NCBI GenBank assembly: GCA_000092065.1
Contig: CP000587.1
DNA: 64,000 bases
Strand: one strand, 5' to 3'
Origin: Ostreococcus lucimarinus
Lineage: Eukaryota
The notes beneath the pieces are model-generated. The model was not told the origin of the DNA and made no database searches. It was given only the letters and a program-made list of their open reading frames with translations. Numbering within the stretch: the first letter of the stretch is position 1; each line of letters begins with the position of its first letter. The translations under genes and the position numbers were made by a program. Shown one piece after another: positions 54,837 to 63,984 of the stretch.

Positions 54837-56609
54837 ATGGCGAACGCGCTGATCGCGTTTACGCTCGCGAACGCGGCGTGTGAGCTGGTGACGCCGATAC
54901 GGTACGCGCGGACGATGACGCTGTGGAGCCGAGGACGCGGGGATTGCGGAGAGACGGCGAAGATTGGAGCGGTGTGCGGGTACCTGATTCAAATCGCGGC
55001 GACGTTTACGTGGTACGAACTCGCGGTGCTGGGAATCATCCCGGGCGGCGCGAGCGACGGTACGGTGGACTTTGAATTGCGATTGATACATCAAATGTTC
55101 ACGTACGTGACATTCGGAGCGGTGTTCGCTATTTGGCTGGACGACCTCGCCGTCGTCGGCGCGCCCGTTTCGTGGTGCTCGTCGCTGGCGAGATTGTACC
55201 AGTTCTTCTCGACGCGAATGATCGCGTGCATGATGATCATGGCGAGTCGAAAAACGCCAACGGCGTGGCATCCGTTCTGGACCGCGGCCGGTTACACGGC
55301 CAGCGCGGTAAAGGGCGCGGGAACGGACGTAATTCTTAAATATGCGTACTACTTTTGCCGAGCTGGGTTCAGCGTTGTGTCCATGGCGATAGCGCTGACG
55401 GGGGTATTTTACTGGAATCCAGTTCGCGCCTGGTTTATCCGCGTAGAAGATTCTCAATCGCGCGCGAGTCGCACTTCGAACCGCAAGGAGATGATGCGAA
55501 CCATCTTTTGGCACTGTGCGTTTGGTCTGATTTTCAGCGCAATTTGGATCACGGCGTCGAATTCAGGAATTCCTCGCATCGATGCCATCAAGGGGGCATC
55601 TAGATCTACCATGTCTACGCATTACTTCGAGCCTTGGATTCCGGGACACCAGATCATCCACGCGAAGAATCACGGGCAAACGATGATAGCGGTTGCATAC
55701 GCCACTTTTATCGCGTACTCATTGAACTATATGGACGACGGCGGTTTGTGGATCTCAAAAGTTCTCTCAATTCAACTGCCCGCCCAGATTTACAACTTTT
55801 TTGTTGTTATTTACATCATCGTCGCCCTTGGTGGTGGAACCATCTTTCATCCAACCTGGTACACGAATGGTTGGGCCCCAAGCTGGGCGACACATCGTAT
55901 GCTGGATTGGCTCTTCTTCGTTGGTACTGGTCATCTGACTATTTTCGGTGTTCCACTCATCACGTACGCGCTTCTCAAGCATCTCAGTATTCCCGAATTT
56001 AAGCCGTATGCGACTGCTTCCATGGGCTTCTTTACCAAGTGCATGCGTCATGGAATGGTATCAATTTTGTTTTCTGGGCTGTGGATGATGGCCGTCAGTA
56101 CGGGCGTGCCCATGCCAGATGCCAAACTCACAGCCATGTTTGGACTTCCCCCTCTACACAAACTCGACGTGCGAGAAACTATCAAGATGCATCACGTCGA
56201 TATCATCGTGAGCATAATTATTATGGCGAACGGTTACGCCGTGCTGGCTCTCGACCGCGTTGTTCAGCTGGATTACAAGCTGCATCAATTCATCACTGTC
56301 GTATGGAAGCACTCGATGACCAGTCGATGGGTGTACTTTTGGTGTGCGAAAATTCTCTTGCATAGCGGCGAGCGTTTTACTACACCGAACGTTATCGCCT
56401 CGCTCTTGCGCTTCCGATCGCAAGTTAAGTCTACCAGCAGTGACAACTGGTTTTTCGTTTTGATCGCCGTCATGGAACTGTACTCTTTCACCGCGATGAT
56501 GCTCTTATTTCTCTTCACACTCACCCGAATGGCTCGTGCCAGTGTGGCTTACTTGAGAAATAACGGCCAAGGTCAGGTAAACTGGACAACCGGCCTGAAG
56601 CAAGAATAG
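54837..56609 (+). CDS. Polytopic membrane protein of 590 aa and unknown family. It may be a paralogue of the N-terminal membrane module of the lipoxygenase fusion at 58138..63984.
   Basis: ATG at 54837 verified. There are at least 12 hydrophobic helices, rich in Trp/Tyr. It shares short colinear motifs with the fusion protein's N-terminal region: EPWIPGHQ vs SHSWIPALRQ, HPTWYTNGWAPSW vs LLYTNLWYQG...MPEW, and STGVPMPDAKL vs TSGIPHPVPLSD. GC drops along the gene. Confidence 0.5.
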   Translation: MANALIAFTLANAACELVTPIRYARTMTLWSRGRGDCGETAKIGAVCGYLIQIAATFTWYELAVLGIIPGGASDGTVDFELRLIHQMFTYVTFGAVFAIWLDDLAVVGAPVSWCSSLARLYQFFSTRMIACMMIMASRKTPTAWHPFWTAAGYTASAVKGAGTDVILKYAYYFCRAGFSVVSMAIALTGVFYWNPVRAWFIRVEDSQSRASRTSNRKEMMRTIFWHCAFGLIFSAIWITASNSGIPRIDAIKGASRSTMSTHYFEPWIPGHQIIHAKNHGQTMIAVAYATFIAYSLNYMDDGGLWISKVLSIQLPAQIYNFFVVIYIIVALGGGTIFHPTWYTNGWAPSWATHRMLDWLFFVGTGHLTIFGVPLITYALLKHLSIPEFKPYATASMGFFTKCMRHGMVSILFSGLWMMAVSTGVPMPDAKLTAMFGLPPLHKLDVRETIKMHHVDIIVSIIIMANGYAVLALDRVVQLDYKLHQFITVVWKHSMTSRWVYFWCAKILLHSGERFTTPNVIASLLRFRSQVKSTSSDNWFFVLIAVMELYSFTAMMLLFLFTLTRMARASVAYLRNNGQGQVNWTTGLKQE

Positions 56610-56806
56610 TCCGTGAGCAATGGACTTAATTAAAAACTTTCTGCGACTTACTACTCTTTACATCAACTGAAAACGGTCAAGAAGTGTTCGCACACCGGTT
56701 GCTATACAAAAGCCGTTTGTGCACTTTTGCCATAGCATTCTGGAACCTTGTGCGACTTCGAAAAGGATGCTTGATACAATACATATGAATATGCTATGAC
56801 TATTAA

Positions 56807-57859
56807 TTACGCTAATTTCGATGCTCGTGAAGACGAATGCGGCGCGCCATCGAGCGATTCATTGTCATGTAGTAGAACGCTGATGTATTCAAGCATCGCT
56901 TGCCCCGCCGTGTCATTCAGAATTTCCTCAAAGGAGAGTGATCCGCGATTCGAGATATCGATGCGCTCGAAAAGCTCTTTTATGTCTCGTGCGTCGACGC
57001 CCCACGTGAACAATTGCTCACGGAGCTCGCTCCCATCTAACGTGCCATTACCATCCTTATCCAGCACATCAAAAGCTGTCCGTAACGGCGTCTTACCGAT
57101 TCGCAAACGTACCAACGAATTCACTCTACCACAGATAGCTGCAAAATTGCGTTCTTTTCCGCTTTCCTCGGATCCGCACGCGTTGGAATACGCGGCAATG
57201 ATGACTATGGCAATGAGGGCACCCACGGGACCGTACACTGCTGGTATGACTAAAAACAGTGCAAGAGTTGCCCCTGTCGTGTACCGGTGCTCCTTAATAC
57301 CCGGAACATTCGTGAACGCAAATATAAACATTCTGGAATACACGAACCCCTGCGCGAGAACGAGCTGGTCGATGAAATTTTCCAATACGGCGCCGCTCGA
57401 GTCTGACGAAAGCGCGCCGGCTCCAATCAGCACTCGAAACGCTTTTTCGATGTGCGCGGTGTTTATAATGTGCAATGCAGGAGTTATAATAGACGGTGTC
57501 CCAAACGATGCGTCGATTTGAAGCATCGCCGTGAGCGCGATCACCAACACGCACGCCGCGCTCGCGCGCATCGTACCCCTCGCGCCGCCGCCGACCAGCA
57601 ACGCTCGCGCGCCCAACGTCAGCTCCATCGTTCCGAAGGCCACGTGCACCAACAGGCGCCTCGCTCGTCGACGATTCAGTCTAAATTTAGGATGCATGCG
57701 CTTCTTGCCCGCTCGAGCGTAGCCCAAGACGAGGAAAATCTCGAGCACGTACCCGATGACAATCACGGCAATCTTTTGCGTTCGCTGCTCGCTCGCCTCG
57801 CGCACGGTCCCACCGAACGCGTACGCACCGAGCGGGAGATCATACGTCCATGCGAACAT
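56807..57859 (-). CDS. Multi-pass membrane protein with a C-terminal EF-hand pair (putative Ca2+-binding).
   Basis: ATG verified (CAT at 57857-57859). About 6 TM helices are followed by ...AFDVLDKDGNGTLDGSELREQL... (canonical 12-residue EF loop DKDGNGTLDGSE) and ...LFERIDISNRGSLSFEEI (a second, weaker EF loop). Confidence 0.5.
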   Translation of the reverse strand: MFAWTYDLPLGAYAFGGTVREASEQRTQKIAVIVIGYVLEIFLVLGYARAGKKRMHPKFRLNRRRARRLLVHVAFGTMELTLGARALLVGGGARGTMRASAACVLVIALTAMLQIDASFGTPSIITPALHIINTAHIEKAFRVLIGAGALSSDSSGAVLENFIDQLVLAQGFVYSRMFIFAFTNVPGIKEHRYTTGATLALFLVIPAVYGPVGALIAIVIIAAYSNACGSEESGKERNFAAICGRVNSLVRLRIGKTPLRTAFDVLDKDGNGTLDGSELREQLFTWGVDARDIKELFERIDISNRGSLSFEEILNDTAGQAMLEYISVLLHDNESLDGAPHSSSRASKLA

Positions 57860-58137
57860 TTACGCGTGCGTATCGAACGCGCGTCGTCGGGTCGAGACGA
57901 ACGCGTCGCGGTGTTCGGTTGGCCGTTGAGCGGGTTTGGGAAGTGCTTGTTTGAACGTTGTGCTTTTGCTTAAATAGTAAAACTGGTAGCGCGACAAACG
58001 CGTTATCGCACGATAAACGCGCTATCGTTGGGAATGTATCCAAAACTACGAATAGGCCGCAGGCTCGCGGCGGGAAGTCTTGCTCGTGGTGAGTTGGTTC
58101 ACCCACCGATTTTTGGAATTTTGACGCAACAGTGGCT

Positions 58138-60115
58138 TTACACACCAATGTTGCTCGGCACGCGTTCTGGGTGCATGTAAGGATATGCCTTTACTCCAAG
58201 CTTTGCGTTGCGGTTTTCGATCTGGCGTCCCATGGCACGCAGCTCAGAACGGAGATCTTGGAGAGCGGCGATTTCAGCCGGCGTAATCATCATGTCAGTG
58301 ATGTAATGTCCGACAAAAACCTCTTCTTTTGAGAACTGTGAAAGCGTCCAGCCAGTCGCCATCGTCTGCGCCGCTTGACCGACGCTCGGCAGCGCGTCGA
58401 TAACATCTTTTTCCGTCACCGGAACCTTCTTCGTCGGCGCAGGCTTGCGCATGATGAGCGGACGATTTGGACAATAAGAGTAATAGTCCCACTGGCTGAA
58501 GTTGACTGCGGCGTGAGTAAAAGAGCACGTGTACATCACTGACGTGCAGATATCAACAAGTTGATCGATTGAATCGATACTACCCGGCACACCGTGCTGA
58601 CTTCTGTCCGTGCCTTGGTATCCATAGCCTTGCATCTCAAGAATCATGCTCTGTATGTATGGATCGGCGGCAACTTCCGCGTCAGACGTGTAGTGCAGCT
58701 TGAAGATGCTTTTAGCGAAACGACGAAGACAGGCCCATGCTCGCAACGAGTCGTCACGATGATGATAACCTCTCAAATCTCCCTCACTTAGCACGCCACG
58801 TTTTTTAAAGGAGGTCGGAACGTGCAAATCGTCAAGCTTAAATCTCTGGTACGCTTTGCTCATCAAGTCCATGTGACCTCCTTGGCCAACTGCTACGACG
58901 CGATCAGTAACTCCTCCCGGAGATATTAACAACGACCGCCCAAGGGTATTGATGGCAATCACGTAGATGAGATGAGGACGCAATACCCGGTACACAGGAT
59001 GGTTTCTTGGAAGAGTTCTTTCGACGCAGACGGACCACGGTTCCATGAGCAAGTGCGTGCCCAATAGGTGCGATATCATCTGATGTACGTTTCCGTCAGA
59101 GCACATTAAGTGCGCTTTTGCGAGGAGCCACTCGTACTCGCCATCTTTTGGAGTCCATACCGGCGCGCTAGCACCAGACTGAAAGTGCTGGATGCAGATT
59201 GGGCGAAGTGCCGTGCTCTTGTCCGCAAAGAAGAGAGCCATGGAGTTCTCGACGCAGTAGCCTTGACCGCGCTTGATATCCTCAAGGATTTCATAGTCAA
59301 CCATGAATATGTGCCCTGCTGCCAACTCGCTTTCGAGCGTTTTGCCTGGAGGTAAAACGCCTCTTACATGTTCTTCGGTGACGCGAAACTTGGCTGGAAT
59401 TTGAGACACTTTGCGCACTTGATTTGGATGTGTTCCATTCATAAATTGACGACCAAACTCCTCGTCCGAACGCCAGTCTCTGATGATTGCAACAGGGGGG
59501 AGAGAAGCGTAAAGGCGATAGTAGTCATCCAGCGATTTAATTTCTTCGTCCTTGATCATTTCGGCGACGCCTTTATTTTCGAATCCCACAAAAGTATCGA
59601 CAAAGAAGTCCTTGTATTTTGTTGAGCTGAATTGCTCCGTGATGGGGAGCTTTGAGTGGTCGTCATATGTGCTATGATTTGGCAAGTACGAACCATTCGA
59701 CCAATCGAATTCCTTCTTCATGAACGAAAGGTACTGTTCAGTCGCATCGGCGATCAGTTGGCGACAAGCCAAGCTTGTTGTCGGCGTAATGGAGCACGGA
59801 AGAACGAATCGGACACCTTGGCCAATGTATCGCCACACATTCAACGTGAAACTCGTTGGAATTTGCGAAGTGAACGTCACATCTATCCGACCGCAATTCC
59901 AAGAGCTTTTCGAGGTTTGAGAAATAATGGCGTAAGCTGGCTCTCCAATATCGTCGGCGTGCACGAAGTGCGTGCTGATTGCTCCAGTTGCGAAGGAGTC
60001 ACCGAGATCATGCAGGACGATTTTGGGCGTAGCGCCACGCGTTCCGACGAATTGTAGCACCACATCACCGTCTATTCCAGACCCAGCGATTGAATGCGTC
60101 GTAACTTTGATCGTA
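58138..60115 (-). other. PLAT domain (about 59700..60115) plus lipoxygenase catalytic domain (58138..about 59700). Coordinates are approximate.
   Basis: KYTIKVTTHSIAGSGIDG is encoded at plus about 60066-60120. AHLMCSDGNVHQMISHLLGTHLLME is encoded at plus about 59045-59115. Confidence 0.6.
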
Positions 60116-63100
60116 TACTTTTTTGACGCTTCAGGAGCGTAAACGTCTTTTCGTCCGCGGGTGAAAACGCGGCGAATTTTATATGACGTCTCGTAAACCA
60201 CCGCACGCGTCCAGTTCAAGGAGTTATAGTCTTGCGAGTTGATTGGTCGAGTGAGAGGCATGCAAGCCGGAGTACGATTCATACCGAACGATAAATTCTC
60301 AACCGAGTGTTGCGGGAGTGCGGCGTGAAGTCTCACGACTCCAACGTCGAGAAATTCAGTCCCCCAAGCTTTGTTGGGGTTGAAAATTTCCGCGGTATCC
60401 GAAGAAGTGGCCTCATATAACTGGATTTGAAGTCGGTACCTCACGGCTTCGCCCGCCACCTTGGTGCAGAACTCGTTTCGCAGATAGTCAGGCAAACGTT
60501 TCTCGTTCGGTAGTCGACGATATTTCATCATATGTGTCGTTGCGATCAGGTTCTGGTCAGCCTCGTCAGGCAAGAACGGCTCTTGACCGACGTCCGTCCC
60601 AGGGCCAGCTCCGTATGGAACGAGTCTGAACTTGCAGTATCGCTTTTTGCCATCCAAAGCATGGAATTCGCGACAAGTCTGCGAGTAATAATGTAAATCG
60701 CAGTACGAGTCGGGTGCCCTTCGCACCCCGCCGATACCAGCCTTAATGCCTGTGGGATACTTCATTCCCCATGCCTTGTAAGCGGAGTCGTTAAACGTCG
60801 CCATTTGAAATACGAACGGAAGAAACGAATCCAAGTTGAAAAATCCAGCGAATTCACCAGTGTTCAGGTGCAGATCGAATGGACTTTCGTCGACGGCATT
60901 TGAGAACTTCAGCGCACAACCTCGAATCTCAAGAGATGCGTCGTCATACATTTCCGAGTCGGCGAGCTTCACGCCGACGGCGTTCGAGTGCCTCAAGATG
61001 ATTGGCATCGTCTTGCCCTTCGTAAAGAAAGCATTTTTGGGCACCTTACTGTTCTCGATGACGGTGAATTGCCCGATCGCACCAACACCGACTGGATGGG
61101 TCGGGCGCCTTTTCTGCATCAGAGTGCCAAACACGAACATGAAAGCAATCTTCAACTGCATCACCAGCAACCCAAACGCATTGGGAGGTGGCATTGGAAT
61201 GGGAAACTCGGAATTCGAGGCTGCGTCGAACATTTCATCTCCGAAAGCGGCTTTATAACACTTGACCCAGTGATTTTGCCACTGTGACACCACCGCGACC
61301 AATGGCCTTGGAGAGGTGGATGGCGACTTCGACAAAATACGACCGAAACTCGACTTTCGCATCGTACTCATCTCATCCGGAACCACAATGCCCCGCTTAA
61401 ATAGTGCAGCAATGAACCTTACCTTGACGGTACTGAGCATCACCACTCGGTTTTTAACCGAATGGATCAACTTTTGAGTGGCTTTGGCGAATTGGAACCA
61501 GACATAAGTCCAACCCATGGTGTGGAGGAACAGCGAAAGCGTCAAGGGTGTACTGGTGTAACCGCAAAGCCACGAGAACCGCGAAACAAACACCAGCATG
61601 TGCATGAAATACACTCCACGGACGACTCTCATCACAGGTTTCAAGAATCGACCAAACGACGAGACGCCGCTTGTAAGGACTGAATGTGTCAGCGCGAGAG
61701 TCAAGAGACAGAAGTATCCAACGTGAAAGGAATCCTCGATGATACTGTCAGCCGATTCAAACGCGGAGAGAGTCATGAGCCGTCGACGAAGGAGGTCAAC
61801 CATCGAGTTCGAAAGAGCGCCCGCGCCAATAATACGCACTAACCTGATGAGAATATGCCAGATGTGAGATAATGCACCCAGTGTGCACATCATCTTCGTC
61901 GTCTTCTGGATTGCATGAAAACGCGACCTCGCCTCCTTCGACGTTTCGTGCGTATTCACGAGAGCAATGTGCTGCAAGTACACCCGAAGCCAAGCCAGGC
62001 ACAGTAAGATGATTTGAACATCAGTCTCGACGCTTTCTAGGTATGCATTTTCGAAGCGCTTTGCGTCACAACTGCGCAACGGGCATCCTAAGAGTATGTG
62101 AACGAGGGTTCGTGAAACTTTATCACTCTTGCCCGTCAGCGCCTTGTAATAGAGTGAGATAATCACAAACCACAAAGTGATAGTGCTCTGCGCAAAAGTA
62201 TTCATGGAGAGTGCGACTCCTTTTGGAAAAGAAGGGTTCATGAGATTGTGGGCAGCGAAAGATAACAGTAGAGGACTGATTGCGGACATTCTTGGAACTG
62301 GCTTCGGTGCGATCAAGTACGTGTCTGAAAGCGGCACAGGATGCGGTATACCACTCGTTAGCAGAGCGATCGGAAGCATAGCGCAGAGGACAAGGACCCC
62401 ATTTATCCATGCACACTTCTCTACCTGCCGTTGCAAAGCGAAATGCTTCAGCACAAGCATGCGCCAGCGTCCACGCAAATTCGTGAAACCCGTTCGCTGG
62501 CCGCTCGAATCCGGATTTCTGGAAAGGTGAACGGCGCCTCGTACGCACGCGTAGATTGAGAGCATCATGATGAGCCAGATAGTGAAATCAACCCCCACCC
62601 AATCACTGGGAGCGTGATGTAACTTTCGCGTCCACGGATTGGACATAGCACGAGCCACCAGAAAATGATCGCAGAGAGTGTAGGAAACAGACATTGCCAT
62701 CACGCCGTAGATCAATCTGGCGCTTCTTAGCGTTCGTTGGTCAGAAAATGCGCTCTTTCGAATCACGGCGGTGCTTATACCCACGAACGCGTGCAACACG
62801 ATGGAGTATTGCATCATTGAAATGCGAGCCAACTCGGCGTCGCCGCGCAGCAGCGCGTGTTCCTTGCTGAACCGTAAGCGCAGGACGGGAAAAGAAAGAG
62901 TTGACAAGCGGCGTGCGATGGTGCGGAGGATTGGAAAGTTGACCTTCAAAAGTGGTACCTGAAGGCGACCCCACTCTGGCATCATCACACCGGTGGCGAT
63001 GCCCTGGTACCACAAATTTGTGTACAGGAGACTCCCCAGTATGAACAAATGCGCCATGGATGCCAGGGAGACACCAAACATGTGGAATCCTTTGCGAGTC

Positions 63101-63984
63101 GGCCCGACGAAAATGGGACCGTTAAACGCGTGGTGAAAGAGAATGTTCATCAGGGCGGCCGTCATGATTGTGAAGAAGGGCATGTTGATAGAGAACCTGA
63201 ACCAGTCCGGCAGTGATCCGTGCGTTATGATGATCAACGCGAGAAGGCTCTTCGACGCTATCATGACGAACAGTGCGCCGAATGAACCTTGCCGCAGTGC
63301 AGGAATCCACGAATGAGATAGAATGCCAGTGACGAAGAGACCGGCGGAACACATACCGATGGTGTTTGGATTGCGCATGTTCGCCAAAGCGGAGAAGTGT
63401 CGACCGAACTCGAGTACGAAGATCGCCCCGCCGATGTAACAGATGCTAAATAGCACAGCCAGACGTTCGTGCATGATAAATAGCGTCGACGCTGATCGAG
63501 GTTTGGGAATCTTGAAATACCTGACCCGTTTCTCCGGCGGCACGTCCACCACGCCCAAGCGGCTCACGCGAATCAAACAAAATTTACCCAACGCGCCCAG
63601 ACCGTCCACGGACACCATGAGCGCTCCGACCGCGCAGTTCGGCATCTTCATCATCAACCGTAATCCATAAAGCGTCACGAACGCCAGCTGCGTTTCAGTC
63701 GCGTAATGCGTGTACGCGTCGCTCCCCGTGCACACGTACGACCACCCAATCGCGTGCACGCACGAGAACACGTACACCCACAGCGCCAGGCACGTCCCAT
63801 CGAACGAATTGAACACCAAATCGTTCGCGATCGCCCCGACGACCGCCGGCCGCGTTCGATCGCGCGCCACCGCCGCGTACGTCACGTACGCCGTCGACAG
63901 CACGTAATTGATTCCCTGCAACGCGTGGAAACGCCCGACCGACCATCCGGGCCTTAGCGCGTCGCTCGCCGCGTCGCTCGACAT
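58138..63984 (-). CDS. Fusion protein of 1948 aa. It combines an N-terminal polytopic membrane module, a catalase-related (allene-oxide-synthase-like) hemoprotein domain, a PLAT/LH2 domain and a lipoxygenase.
   Basis: This is one uninterrupted ORF with a verified ATG (CAT at 63982-63984). The catalase-like core HPVGVGAIGQFTVIENSKVPKNAFFTKGKTMPIILRHSNAVG...LEIRGCALKF parallels catalase [41 protein letters not shown]...FAVKF. The PLAT domain reads YTIKVTTHSIAGSGIDGDVVLQFVGTRG...NCGRIDVT. The LOX iron-ligand region reads HQMISHLLGTHLLMEPWSVCVERTLPRNHPVYRVLRPHLIYVIAINTLGRSLLISPGGVTDRV (compare HQLxSHWLRTHxxxEPF...HPIYKLLxPH...IN.LAR..LI..GG), and the C-terminus ends ...PSNIGV. The N-terminal 900 aa or so are Trp-rich multi-TM. 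Confidence 0.75.
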   Translation of the reverse strand: MSSDAASDALRPGWSVGRFHALQGINYVLSTAYVTYAAVARDRTRPAVVGAIANDLVFNSFDGTCLALWVYVFSCVHAIGWSYVCTGSDAYTHYATETQLAFVTLYGLRLMMKMPNCAVGALMVSVDGLGALGKFCLIRVSRLGVVDVPPEKRVRYFKIPKPRSASTLFIMHERLAVLFSICYIGGAIFVLEFGRHFSALANMRNPNTIGMCSAGLFVTGILSHSWIPALRQGSFGALFVMIASKSLLALIIITHGSLPDWFRFSINMPFFTIMTAALMNILFHHAFNGPIFVGPTRKGFHMFGVSLASMAHLFILGSLLYTNLWYQGIATGVMMPEWGRLQVPLLKVNFPILRTIARRLSTLSFPVLRLRFSKEHALLRGDAELARISMMQYSIVLHAFVGISTAVIRKSAFSDQRTLRSARLIYGVMAMSVSYTLCDHFLVARAMSNPWTRKLHHAPSDWVGVDFTIWLIMMLSIYACVRGAVHLSRNPDSSGQRTGFTNLRGRWRMLVLKHFALQRQVEKCAWINGVLVLCAMLPIALLTSGIPHPVPLSDTYLIAPKPVPRMSAISPLLLSFAAHNLMNPSFPKGVALSMNTFAQSTITLWFVIISLYYKALTGKSDKVSRTLVHILLGCPLRSCDAKRFENAYLESVETDVQIILLCLAWLRVYLQHIALVNTHETSKEARSRFHAIQKTTKMMCTLGALSHIWHILIRLVRIIGAGALSNSMVDLLRRRLMTLSAFESADSIIEDSFHVGYFCLLTLALTHSVLTSGVSSFGRFLKPVMRVVRGVYFMHMLVFVSRFSWLCGYTSTPLTLSLFLHTMGWTYVWFQFAKATQKLIHSVKNRVVMLSTVKVRFIAALFKRGIVVPDEMSTMRKSSFGRILSKSPSTSPRPLVAVVSQWQNHWVKCYKAAFGDEMFDAASNSEFPIPMPPPNAFGLLVMQLKIAFMFVFGTLMQKRRPTHPVGVGAIGQFTVIENSKVPKNAFFTKGKTMPIILRHSNAVGVKLADSEMYDDASLEIRGCALKFSNAVDESPFDLHLNTGEFAGFFNLDSFLPFVFQMATFNDSAYKAWGMKYPTGIKAGIGGVRRAPDSYCDLHYYSQTCREFHALDGKKRYCKFRLVPYGAGPGTDVGQEPFLPDEADQNLIATTHMMKYRRLPNEKRLPDYLRNEFCTKVAGEAVRYRLQIQLYEATSSDTAEIFNPNKAWGTEFLDVGVVRLHAALPQHSVENLSFGMNRTPACMPLTRPINSQDYNSLNWTRAVVYETSYKIRRVFTRGRKDVYAPEASKKYTIKVTTHSIAGSGIDGDVVLQFVGTRGATPKIVLHDLGDSFATGAISTHFVHADDIGEPAYAIISQTSKSSWNCGRIDVTFTSQIPTSFTLNVWRYIGQGVRFVLPCSITPTTSLACRQLIADATEQYLSFMKKEFDWSNGSYLPNHSTYDDHSKLPITEQFSSTKYKDFFVDTFVGFENKGVAEMIKDEEIKSLDDYYRLYASLPPVAIIRDWRSDEEFGRQFMNGTHPNQVRKVSQIPAKFRVTEEHVRGVLPPGKTLESELAAGHIFMVDYEILEDIKRGQGYCVENSMALFFADKSTALRPICIQHFQSGASAPVWTPKDGEYEWLLAKAHLMCSDGNVHQMISHLLGTHLLMEPWSVCVERTLPRNHPVYRVLRPHLIYVIAINTLGRSLLISPGGVTDRVVAVGQGGHMDLMSKAYQRFKLDDLHVPTSFKKRGVLSEGDLRGYHHRDDSLRAWACLRRFAKSIFKLHYTSDAEVAADPYIQSMILEMQGYGYQGTDRSQHGVPGSIDSIDQLVDICTSVMYTCSFTHAAVNFSQWDYYSYCPNRPLIMRKPAPTKKVPVTEKDVIDALPSVGQAAQTMATGWTLSQFSKEEVFVGHYITDMMITPAEIAALQDLRSELRAMGRQIENRNAKLGVKAYPYMHPERVPSNIGV
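60120..61200 (-). other. Catalase-related (cAOS-like) heme domain. Coordinates are approximate.
   Basis: RRPTHPVGVGAIGQFTVIENSKVPKNA is encoded at plus coordinates about 61065-61145 (reverse complement). Confidence 0.55.
61280..63984 (-). other. N-terminal polytopic membrane module of the fusion. Coordinates are approximate.
   Basis: It contains at least 15 hydrophobic helices. Only the first 300 nt or so (63700-63984) are GC-rich. The rest matches the low-GC body. Confidence 0.45.
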
